This document shows, in pieces, positions 33,365 to 42,085 of a stretch of 42,085 nucleotides of DNA (position 1 is the stretch's first letter; each line of letters starts with the position of its first letter). The DNA lies in assembly GCA_035221665.1 (NCBI GenBank), contig CM069169.1, forward strand, positions 9,693,916 through 9,736,000, in the 5' to 3' direction. The stretch comes from Okamejei kenojei. Lineage: Eukaryota. Both the position numbers and the translations under genes were made by a program. A model generated the notes under the pieces. The model was not told the origin of the DNA, did not search any database, and worked only from the letters and a program-made list of their open reading frames with translations.

Positions 33365-33945
33365 AGATATCATAGAGCCATACAGCATGGAAACAGGCCC
33401 GTCGGCTCAACTTGCCCCATCTACACTAGTGTTTAAGAAGGAACTGCAGATGCTGGAAAATCGAAGGTAGACAAAAGTGCTGGAGAAACTCAGCGGGTGC
33501 AGCAGCATCTATGGAGCGAAGGAAATAGGCAACGTTTCGGCTCGAAACGTTGCCTATTTCCTTCGCTCCATAGATGCTGCTGCATCCGCTGAGTTTCTCC
33601 ATCTACACTAGTCTCACCTGCCTGCGTTTGGCCCGTATCCCTATAAACCTATCCTATCCATGTACCTGTCCAAATGTTTTTCTTCTTCTTCTTGCGTACG
33701 ACGTGCACAGCCTAAAGTTGTAGGACAACTTGTTCTATTTGATTGTGCACGCCAGGTTGATTGCATTCGTCGAAACAGTGAAGGTTGCAATCTTCCACCA
33801 CCCCAAATGTTTTTTAAACATTGTGATAGGACGCGCCTCCTCTGGCAGCTCATTCCATATACCTATCACCTTTGTATGTTAAAAAAAAAAGTTGCCCCTC
33901 AGGATCCTGTCTTTCCTCCCTCACCTCAAACCTATGTCTTCTCTA
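33365..33945 (-). mobile_element. CR1 3' end hosting a PLE inverted pair (33431-33598) and the ribozyme-headed element
   Basis: PLE TSD ccatctacactagt (33417-33430 / 33599-33612). Confidence 0.8.
33682..33804 (-). mobile_element. Second copy of the ribozyme-headed (GAA)n element; ribozyme disrupted
   Basis: Near-identical to 9548-9685; TSD aaatgttttt (33672-33681 / 33805-33814); ~11-nt deletion removes P3' and most of P1'; inserted into a CR1 3' end. Confidence 0.85.
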
Positions 33946-34254
33946 TAAATAATGGTGAATGTACGGCCCCTGGAGCAGATCCCATTATTCATATCTAGGA
34001 TGGATCCTGTTGTGCTACTTAGTTGGATTAAATAACTTTTGGAAGCAACACTTAAACCAGCTGTGTCCCAATGACATTGAGAACACAGTGAATAATGCTG
34101 TTGGGAGGAACTGCTACAAGGGCTCGTACAAATTGCATGGACTCACAAAGTGCTGTTAAACCTATCGTCTGTTCAAAACTGAACGATGTTTTGTTGCACT
34201 TTATTGAGAGGCGTTAATTCCTTGAAGCCTCCACTACCCGAGTAAATAGAATAA

Positions 34255-34979
34255 AGGGCCTGTCCCACTTAGGTGTTTTATTTAGGCGACTACGGGTGTC
34301 GCCTGTATGGTCATGAGGAATCTCCTCAGTCGCCCACAGAGTCGTAGCGACTTTCTGGTCGCCGCTGGATTTTTAACATGTTCAAATATTTTCGGAGACA
34401 GTTGGCGACTGTGGGTTTGACGCCAATGAGCGTAGTTTGACTTCTCCTGACGTAGGTGCTGTCGTAGGTTGTCGCCAGGCGGCATAGGTTGTCGCCAGTG
34501 CTGACTACATTTTTTTTGTTGCTGTTGTTAAAGTATTTATTCTATGTCGACGGGGAGCTCCAGTCGCTGTTTTTTCGGTGACCTGCTACGACTATAACAG
34601 TCGCCGGCAGTCGCCTAAAAATAGCCTAATGGCCCTGTCCCACGGTACAAGTTCATTCCAAGAGCTCTCCAAAGTTTAAAAAAAAAATCAAACTCGGTGG
34701 TAAGCATGGAGAATGAACGTAGCGGGTACGTCGGAGCTCGGGGACGTCTCTTAGCGGCTCGCAACGCTAACGGCAGGTACTCGGGAAGACTCGCTAACGG
34801 CAGGTAAGCTCGGGAAGACGCGTGAAGATTTTTCAACATGTTGAAAAATGTCCACGAGAACCGCGAGTACCGACGAGCGGCCATTACCATAAATCTCCGA
34901 GTTCGAATCAGGCCAAACTCGTGAGAACTCTTGGAATGAACTCGTACCGTGGGACAGGGCCATAAGTGGGACAGGCCCT
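34255..34979. mobile_element. PIF/Harbinger-type MITE (outer)
   Basis: agggcctgtcccacttagg ... cc[insert]taagtgggacaggccct; TAA TSD (34252-34254 / 34980-34982). Confidence 0.85.
34630..34962. mobile_element. PIF/Harbinger-type MITE (inner), related to 25421-25737 in opposite orientation
   Basis: tggccctgtcccacggtac / gtaccgtgggacagggcca; TAA TSD (34627-34629 / 34963-34965). Confidence 0.85.
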
Positions 34980-35202
34980 TAATGCAACTTGATTTGGAGG
35001 CTGCGTATGTGCTTTTTTACTTTCCCACTCACCATCCTGGAACCCAACACACTCCACAGTGAAGCAGTGATTACGATGCACTTATCTAGTTTATTGCAGT
35101 TGGCGATCAGAACATGATTTTCTCTGTATTGGGGAAAGGAAACGTTGATTGACCATCTTGTAAAATGCCCATCATCTATTCGCCTAAACCTTTAGTTCAC
35201 CA

Positions 35203-35313
35203 CTCGACCCGAAACGTCACCCATTCCTTCTCTCCAGAGATGCTGCCTGCCCCGCTGAGTTACTCTAGCTTTTTGTGTCTATCTTCGGTTTAAACCAGCA
35301 GTTCCTTCTCACG
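35203..35313 (+). mobile_element. PLE terminal fragment
   Basis: ctcgacccgaaacgtcacccattccttctctccagagatgc. Confidence 0.8.
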
Positions 35314-35914
35314 CATTTCTCCGTCGCTTATCTTACCCCAGAGTGCACATAGAAGTTTTGAGGTGGGCCGAGGGTTCAACTTGGCCGTGGCACGTCAAGA
35401 GTAATTGGTGCAGAGACCTCTCTGAACTGAGAGTCGGGAGGGGTGGAGATTCCAGAAAGCTTCCTGAATGTTTATTATTTGTGTTTGCTGCCTCTGCTAT
35501 GTTGCCATAACTATCCCCATTCAGCGAGACGCTGAGGTAAATTAGCCAGTTAAGGAAACAATAGCGGGGATGGGTGGATTTTGAAGTACAAAGGCTTTAT
35601 TATTAAGTTTATTTCCCCGTGAACGTACCCAGCAGGAAGCAGCTGGCAAAGGCAAACAATGCACGCCAAACATGCAACCTGAGATTTGCATGCGAAGAGA
35701 GCAAAGCTGCAACTTGCTTTGTACTTAATCCACACTTTGTCTGGCGATCACTGTGAAAGCTGTTCACCTTCCTCTATAGTCTTCTCATTGTGTGTAAACT
35801 GCCTTGTAATTAAAGACCCACCCTGTATGCTGACATTCTGTCAGATCAAAATAGAAACGCCAAGTGTAGCTGTCACAGGACAAACCATCCACCCTGCCAG
35901 GTGTGCAGAGATCA

Positions 35915-36508
35915 TCATCAGATCATAAATGATAGGAGCAGAATTCGGCCATTCGGCCCATCAAGTCTACTCCGCCATTCAATCACGGCTGATCTATCTC
36001 CCTCCCAACCCCGTTTTTAGTTTAGAAATACAGCGCGGAAACAGGCCCTTCGGCCCACCGAGTCCGTGCCGGCCATCGATCCCCGCACATTCACACTATC
36101 CTACACACACTAGGGACAATTTACACTTACACCGAGCCAATTAACCTACATACCCATACGTCTTTGGAGTGTGGGAGGAAACCGAAGATCTCGGAGAAAA
36201 CCCACGCGGTCACGGGGAGAAAGTACAAACTCCGTACAGACAGCACCCGTAGTCGGGATCGAACCCGGGTCTCTGGCGCAGCAAGCACTGTAAGGCAACA
36301 ACTGCGCCACCGTGGCTTCTCCCAGTAACCTCTGACACCCATTTAGCTCCCTCTCCCTAAATTTTCCCTCTCCGTCTGAAGAAGGGTCTCCACCCGAAAC
36401 GTCACCCATTCCTTCTCTCCAGAGATGCTGCCTGTCCCATTGAGTTCCTCCAGCATTTTGTGTCTCTCTTTGTTGTTAACCAGCATCTGCAGTTCTTTCC
36501 TACACACA
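35915..36508. mobile_element. Cluster: CR1 tail (minus) interrupted by a SINE (36014-36314, minus), then a PLE terminus (~36345-36508, plus)
   Basis: Homology to the families above. Confidence 0.8.
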
Positions 36509-36983
36509 CTGTAGCTCTGCTCACTTGCTGTGGTGGGTCTGGATAAGGAAGTTATTTGTGATTTTCGTTGCCACAGGCACACAATTATCCTGAGGAGCTT
36601 CACGTGGAAGTATTTGTTCACTCCCTCTCTACTCCAGTCCATTGTTTCAACAGTGTTCAATCAATGCCCCTTGCTTCCAATAACATTGCGCAGGCACACT
36701 CTTATCTTTTTCTGTCTTTTAATATATTAAAACTAACAAGCAAGTCTTTGAAGTAAATTACTTGCGAATGTTCATTTGATTATGAATGTTCCTGGATTAC
36801 TCATTGCAGAACCAGGAAGTTACTCTTCAATTGCTGAAGACTTTTCCGACATTTGAATTGCCAAAAGGAAATTATTTTGGCTAAGAAACTACTATTAAAT
36901 ATATTAAAACCAGCAAGCAGTGATCTGTTTTGAAATGGCGAGGGGTGCAACTGCTCAACACACAACAGAGCCTCTTCATCCAA

Positions 36984-37362
36984 GTGTTTAAGAAGGAACT
37001 GCAGATGCTGGAAAAATCTGAAGAAGGGTCTCGACCCGAAACGTCAGCTTTTCCTTCGCTTCATAGATGCTGCCTCACCCGCTGAGTATCTACCTCTTGA
37101 TCCAAGTGGTCTTGTAATGGATCACCACATTCATAACAAAAATAATTGGTCATAGACACAAAATGCTGGAGTAACTCAGCGGGACAGGCAGCATCTCTGG
37201 AGAGAAGGAATGGGTGACATTTCGGGTCAAGTCTGAAGAAGGGTCTCGACCCGAAATGTCACCCATTCCTTCCCTCCAGAGATACTGCCTGTCCCGCTGA
37301 GTTACTCCAGCATTTTGTGCCTATCTTCAGTTTAAACCAGCATCTGCAGTTCCTTGCTACAC
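36984..37362. mobile_element. Two PLE inverted pairs (~36984-37093; ~37152-37362)
   Basis: Flanking duplications tctt(c/g)atccaagtg and aataattggt. Confidence 0.8.
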
Positions 37363-38119
37363 AAGAATAATTGGTTCCCTGATGAGGACATGTATGTAGA
37401 TGCACCTGTTTGGGGGAAAATTTGACCTGTTTGGCATAATAAGATTGCCAATCTATAAATAATAAATTAACAGGAAACAAGTGTGAGCTTGGATTTTAAT
37501 TGCTATAATAATTTGTGCATGAGACTGTTCAACCAAGCATCTTCAGGTTTATCATATGTGCTGATTAGATGCAGTCTTCCTCGAGAAGTGTGCATATTCC
37601 TGGCATCCGCCTCTGCAAGGCTGAAGAGTGAAGAATGGGTCGGGGCTTGAACAAGACTCCTGTCCTGGGAAGGTCTTCCAAAGGGGAAGTGTCCTATGCC
37701 CATGGGGGGGAATGCTGTACATTACCCTTCTCTGGTCTCACGGTCTTCTATTGCTCATTGCTGCTGGCATAACTCATAACCCTGGCAATCACCCTCACTT
37801 TAAGTTGACCAGTTAAGCAGCGCATTGGCACTTGCTCAGGTTCCTCAATCACTGGAACAAGTAGTCCTTGGGGCATGTTGCAATCTGCCATGTGTTTGAA
37901 GTGCAGCAGCAGGTGGGTGCAAAGTGTTTTCCAATAATAGCAGTTGAAATGAACACCATCTCATTTGCTTCCAAACAGCTGGTTGCTGCGGGAAGGAAGA
38001 ATTGGGACATACTGGCTGCTATAATGCCAATGGAATGATCTGCAGCAGAGATTTTGGGTGTTGGTCTGTCCCTCAACAAGTCTTGGCATGAACTACAGTT
38101 CCTTTTCTTTTATGGGTCT

Positions 38120-38410
38120 TAATCATGGAGTTATACAGCACGGAAACAGTCCACTAGTCCACTGTTTCCAAGATGCCCCATCTAAACTAGTTCCACTTGC
38201 CTGCGTTTGGCTCATGTCCTTCTAGTCAAGTCAAGTCAAGTCAATTTTATTTCTATAGCACAACTAAAAACAACTCTCGTTGACCAAAGTGCTTTACATC
38301 AGTGCAGGTACTAACGTGCTTCATACAGTGGTACATAGATCTAACAATACATACATAAATACATACATACAGCGCTCCCTCAGAGGACCTAAACCTTTCC
38401 TATCCATGAA
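38120..38410 (-). mobile_element. CR1 tail interrupted by an L2-type 3' tail (~38225-38386)
   Basis: Minus strand tgtaaagcactttggtcaac...gtgctatagaaataaaa(ttgac)n. Confidence 0.65.
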
Positions 38411-38457
38411 GTCCATGGTCTTTCTTGCTTGCGACTTCAAGTTGAGGCTGCACTCTG

Positions 38458-38960
38458 ATAGACACAAAATGCTTGAGCAGCTCAACGGGACAGGCAGCAT
38501 CTCTGGAGAGAAGAAATGGGTGGCGTTTCGGGTCGAGACCCGTCTTCAGACTGAAAGGCACAGGAAAGGGAAACGGGAGATATAATCGATGATGCAGAGA
38601 GAGCGAGAGAACAATGAATGAAAGATATGCAGAAAAGTAACGATGATACAGGAAACGGGCCATTTTTAACAGGTCGCTGGGTGAGAACGAGAAGCTGGTG
38701 CGACTTGAGTGGGGGAGGGATGGAGAGAGAGAGTGAGTGAGTGCACAGGTTACTTGAAGTTAGAGGAATCAATATTCATACCACTGGGTTGTAAGGTGCC
38801 CAAGTGAAATAAGAGATACTGCTCCTCCAATCACTCTCACAATGGAGGAGGCCTAGGACAGAAAGGTTAGTATGGGAAGCGGAATTAAAGTGTTTGGCAA
38901 TCGGAGGATCAGGTAGGTCCAGGCAGACTGAACGCAGGTGTTCAGCGACACGATCGCCCT
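38458..38960 (-). mobile_element. PLE 3' part with GIY-YIG C-terminus
   Basis: Colinear with 1930-2440; EEQYLLFHLGTLQPSGMNIDSSNFK*. Confidence 0.85.
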
Positions 38961-39810
38961 CTACTGCAGTTTATACCATGGGAATATGATACATGGTCCC
39001 TGAATGGGTGCTTTGTATATTTTACCATTTTCAAGCACCAATTTATATTCGACCGGGATTATTCAAATCTGTTTTCTCTTGCAGAGAATTGATCTCTTGT
39101 GTTTGTGCCGAAAAGCAATGACAGAAAATATCTGACTTATTTAATGAAGCCAAGATGGCCTTCTAAATTAATAGAGGACAGGGAGAGGAATCTTCTATCT
39201 TGGAGGCAAATGTTTTTATTTGACTGCAGAAAGCAGTCAGCAGTTAGGCAGACCCTTTGTTATAGTCCTTGCAATGTCCTCAAACAATTGGCCTCTTGTT
39301 ATGAATTAGTCCAGATTAGATTTCTTTGTAGACCAAATCATCACTCCCGGCACCAAAATAAAATGATTTATCAAGTAATGCACGCTAGATGCCCATCGTG
39401 GGTTTGTAAAACTTGCTGGGTTTTGAATGACCTCGAAATTAAAGGAAAAGGAGCAAACGCTGAAAGCGGACAATGTAACTAGTCAAAATGAACCCTTGGA
39501 CTCAAGACACGTCAAGTCAAGAGAGTTTATTGTCATGTGTCCCAGATAGGACAATGAAATTCTTGCATTGCTGCAGCACGACAGAATATTGTAGTCATAA
39601 ATACAGATAAAAATAAAATATACACGCACACACATAAATACACAGATAAAGTGCAATAGGTTGTTATAGTTCATAGTTTGTTTGAAGTTGTGTTTAATAG
39701 CTGATGGCTGTGGGGAAGCAGCTATTCCTGAACCTGGATGTTTCAGATTTCAGGCTCCTGTACCTTCTACCTGATGGCAGCGGAGAGATGAGTGTGTGGC
39801 CAGGATTTTT

Positions 39811-39975
39811 TTAAATTTTTATGGCAATCTGTTCGATGATGTTGAGCTTGGCGGTGGTCAGGCCTTCAACATTGAGCTGCAGTAGCGCTAAACCTCGACA
39901 GTTGGCGGCATTTAACGGTGCAGCCTGGCCTGGGGAGGCATGGCTTTTAGCGGTCTGCAGACGCGGTAAAGACAT
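39811..39975 (-). pseudogene. Truncated 54-aa ORF: N-terminus of a retrotransposon AP-endonuclease
   Basis: MSLPRLQTAKSHASPGQAAPLNAANCRGLALLQLNVEGLTTAKLNIIEQIAIKI*; LLQLNVEGL..K resembles the first APE motif; below the length cutoff of the ORF track. Confidence 0.65.
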
Positions 39976-40052
39976 TGGTTTCGCTTTGTGGGCTTATGAG
40001 CCTGTAAGCTACTCGTGGAGGAGGCCGCGTAGAGGCTGTCTTTGTCTCCTCC
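39968..40052 (-). ncRNA. HDV-like ribozyme (85 nt, predicted)
   Basis: GGAGGAG(P1) AC AAAGACA(P2) GCC(P3) UCUACGC(L3) GGC CUCCUCC(P1') A(P1.1 with U22) ...GCUUA/UAAGC hairpin in P4 region... CCAA(J4/2) UGUCUUU(P2'); +1 G abuts the TSD. Confidence 0.85.
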
Positions 40053-40186
40053 GGCCAGGATGGTGTGGGTCCTCGATGATGCTGGCAGCCTTTTTGAGGC
40101 AGCGACTGTGATAGATCCCCTTGATGGTAGGGAGGTCAGAGCCGATGATGCACTGGGCAGTGTTTACAACTTTTACAGGCACCACA

Positions 40187-40436
40187 AAATGCTGAAAATC
40201 CAGCGGCCACCAGGAAAAGGTACGACTCTTTTGGCGACTACTCACGACCAAACAGGAGTCACCCCGCGACATGTCGACACGTGATGCCTGTATGGTCGTG
40301 AGAAGTCGCCCAAAGAGTCGTACCTTTTTCTGGTCGTCGCTGGATTTTCAACATGTCAAAAATTTTCGGAGACCTGCTGCGACTATGACGGGTGCCAGCA
40401 ATCGCCGAAAAAAATTGCGTAAGTGAGACAGGCCCA
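40187..40436. mobile_element. Harbinger-type MITE lacking its left TIR
   Basis: Palindromic interior like 34255-34626; ends taagtgagacaggccca-TAA. Confidence 0.65.
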
Positions 40437-40954
40437 TAAAGGCTCTCCTCTGCTAAGTATTGCTGTTGAATCAATGAAATCTTCGACAAGTGGCATTTCT
40501 TTGCACCAACACAATGGAGCTCGAGCATTTTGTTCACTCTTGTTTTCTCTCCCCACACTATCGCTTGATAACTGTTTAGTACACATGACCATAATCAAAA
40601 GAGCAGACACCCGGGAAAATATGTGTTGTATCATCCACGCCTTCCCAGTTTCAGGAATGGATGTCCCTGGAACTAGAATTTTAGTTACAGTTTAAAAGCG
40701 AATTTACAGTGCGTGAGGATCAAAGAATTGAATCACTGGCAGATGAAACTTCTATCTGTTATAACCTTAGCAAAGCATGGACCATGAGATCAAAGTATGA
40801 AGCTTTAAATGTAATTATGATAAAAGAAAAATGATGTAAATTGTTTTTATTAATAGCTGATTTATTCCACTTGGATGTTTCTAAGTTAGCGTGGAAATCA
40901 CATCAGTTTTTTTGCTCATGTCTTCAAATTTAATTAAATTATGCCTTTGTTCAC

Positions 40955-41095
40955 CTATATAAATATGTATTTATATAGTATTATATAGCAATATATATAT
41001 ATTTATATTGTACTATATAAATATATATTTATATCGTACTAGGTACAATAGTATGTAATAGATAGTATTGTAGTAAATATTTATATTGTACTAGG
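40955..41095. repeat. AT-rich low-complexity degenerate tandem repeat
   Basis: Repeated atatttatattgtacta-like units. Confidence 0.75.
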
Positions 41096-41096
41096 T

Positions 41097-42085
41097 ATGA
41101 TTAACGAGTTTATAGATGATACTAAAGCGGGTGGTAGCGTAGATAGTAAAAATGATTGTCGGGATCTTGATTGGTTGGGCAGGTGGGCTGAGGATTGGTT
41201 GATGAAATTTATGATCATAAGTTCTAGGAGAGGAATTTGGCCATTCGGCCCATCAAGCTTACTCCGCCATTCAATTACGGCCAAACTATCTTTCCTTCTC
41301 AACCCCATTCTCCTGCCTTCTCTCCATTAACGCTCGACATCCACACTAATCAGGAATCTGCCAATCTCGGTCTTAAAGTTCCCCATTGACGGTTTCCACA
41401 GCCTTCTGTGGCAATGAATTCCACAGATTCACCGCCCTCTGACTAAAGATATTCCTCCTCGTCTTTCTAACGGTACATCCTTTTATTCTGAGGCTATGGC
41501 TTCTGGTCCTAGACCCTCCCACTAGTGGAAACATCAACTCTATTCAGGCCTTTCACTGTTTCTTAAGTTTCAATGTGGTCCCTCATATCCTTCTAAAACG
41601 TAATACGGAGAAATGTGAGCTGTGGCATTTTGGGAAGTCTACCAAGGGCAGGACCTACACAGTGAATGGTAGGCTCTGGGGAGTGTTGTAGAGCAGAGGA
41701 ATCTAGGAGTTCCTTGAAAATGGCATCACAGATAGATGGGGTGGTCAAGAAAGGTCTCAGCACATTGTTCTTCAGCAGTCAGAGTATTCTAGAAGTTGGG
41801 AGGTCATATATAGGAAGGAACTGCAGATGCTGGTTTAAACCGAAGATAGAAGAAGGGTCTCAACCCAAAACGTCACCCATTCCTTCTACAGAGATGCTGC
41901 CTGTCCTGAGTTACTCCAGCTTTTTGTGTCTTTCTTTGGGAGGTCATGTTGCAATTATGTAAGCTGTTGGTGAGGTCACATGTAGAGTATTGTGTTCATT
42001 TTTGGTCACCATGTTATAGGAAAGATGTTACCAGGCTCGAAAGGGTTGCAGAAATTATTTACATGGTTGCTGGGACTCGAGGACC
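41097..42085 (+). mobile_element. Decayed CR1 RT region, interrupted by an antisense CR1 tail (~41212-41597) and a PLE pair (41808-41935)
   Basis: FIDDTK...DLDWLGRWAEDWLMKF, resuming NTEKCELWHFGKS; PLE TSD ttgggaggtcat (41796-41807 / 41936-41947). Confidence 0.8.

Larger units (their letters stand above)
39807..40052 (-). mobile_element. Short Ingi/Vingi-like retroelement: 5' HDV-like ribozyme + start of APE-endonuclease ORF + A-rich tail
   Basis: TSD ggccaggat (39798-39806 / 40053-40061) interrupting a Rex1 fragment; A-rich 3' end on the minus strand; family assignment from the peptide motif only. Confidence 0.8.
39510..40175 (-). mobile_element. Rex1/Babar-type LINE 3' end split by the 39807-40052 insertion
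   Basis: VVNTAQCIIGSDLPTIKGIYHSRCLKKAASIIEDPHHPG, resuming HTLISPLPSGRRYRSLK after the insertion; homologous to 12141-12622. Confidence 0.85.

Noticed and set aside
37740-37790. LLLLIAAGITHNPG as a 2A-like peptide
   Set aside because: Lacks the D-x-E-x-NPGP consensus and any downstream retrotransposon ORF.
37890-37925. VQQQVGAK as the next furin exon (LEQQVAKRR)
   Set aside because: No Trp, no basic cleavage motif and no suitable acceptor.
553-41935. CRISPR-like or prokaryotic repeat system from recurring gaaacg hairpins
   Set aside because: The repeats are dispersed, in both orientations, TSD-flanked and linked to PLE GIY-YIG/RT fragments; there are no regular spacers or cas genes, and the DNA is eukaryotic.
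60-41962. Most ORF-track entries as genes
   Set aside because: They are short and map onto SINE, LINE, PLE or MITE sequence in arbitrary frames; the same pseudo-peptides recur at many copies.

Overview
Repeat-rich vertebrate genomic DNA with an elasmobranch (skate/ray/shark) repeat signature; the taxon is inferred from the repeats only. Almost all of it appears to be intron of a + strand furin/furin-like proprotein convertase gene. I recognise only one host exon (31663-31761, 99 nt, propeptide). The rest is tRNA-derived HE1/V-SINE-type SINEs, CR1 and Rex1/Babar LINE fragments, many Penelope-like element (PLE) termini with minimal hammerhead motifs, PIF/Harbinger-type MITEs (one nested in another), a Tc1-like end and a HERO-like 3' end. 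The main result is three different short, TSD-flanked retroelement families (four copies, all antisense to the gene) whose 5' ends fold by eye into HDV-like nested double-pseudoknot ribozymes. These are a 54-nt minimal ribozyme heading a ~140-bp (GAA)n-tailed element (9548-9685; broken copy at 33682-33804), an 85-nt ribozyme overlapping the start of an Ingi/Vingi-like endonuclease ORF (39807-40052), and an RTE-type candidate (23246-23656). Most ORF-track entries are spurious translations of repeats. Repeat boundaries are approximate unless TSDs are quoted.
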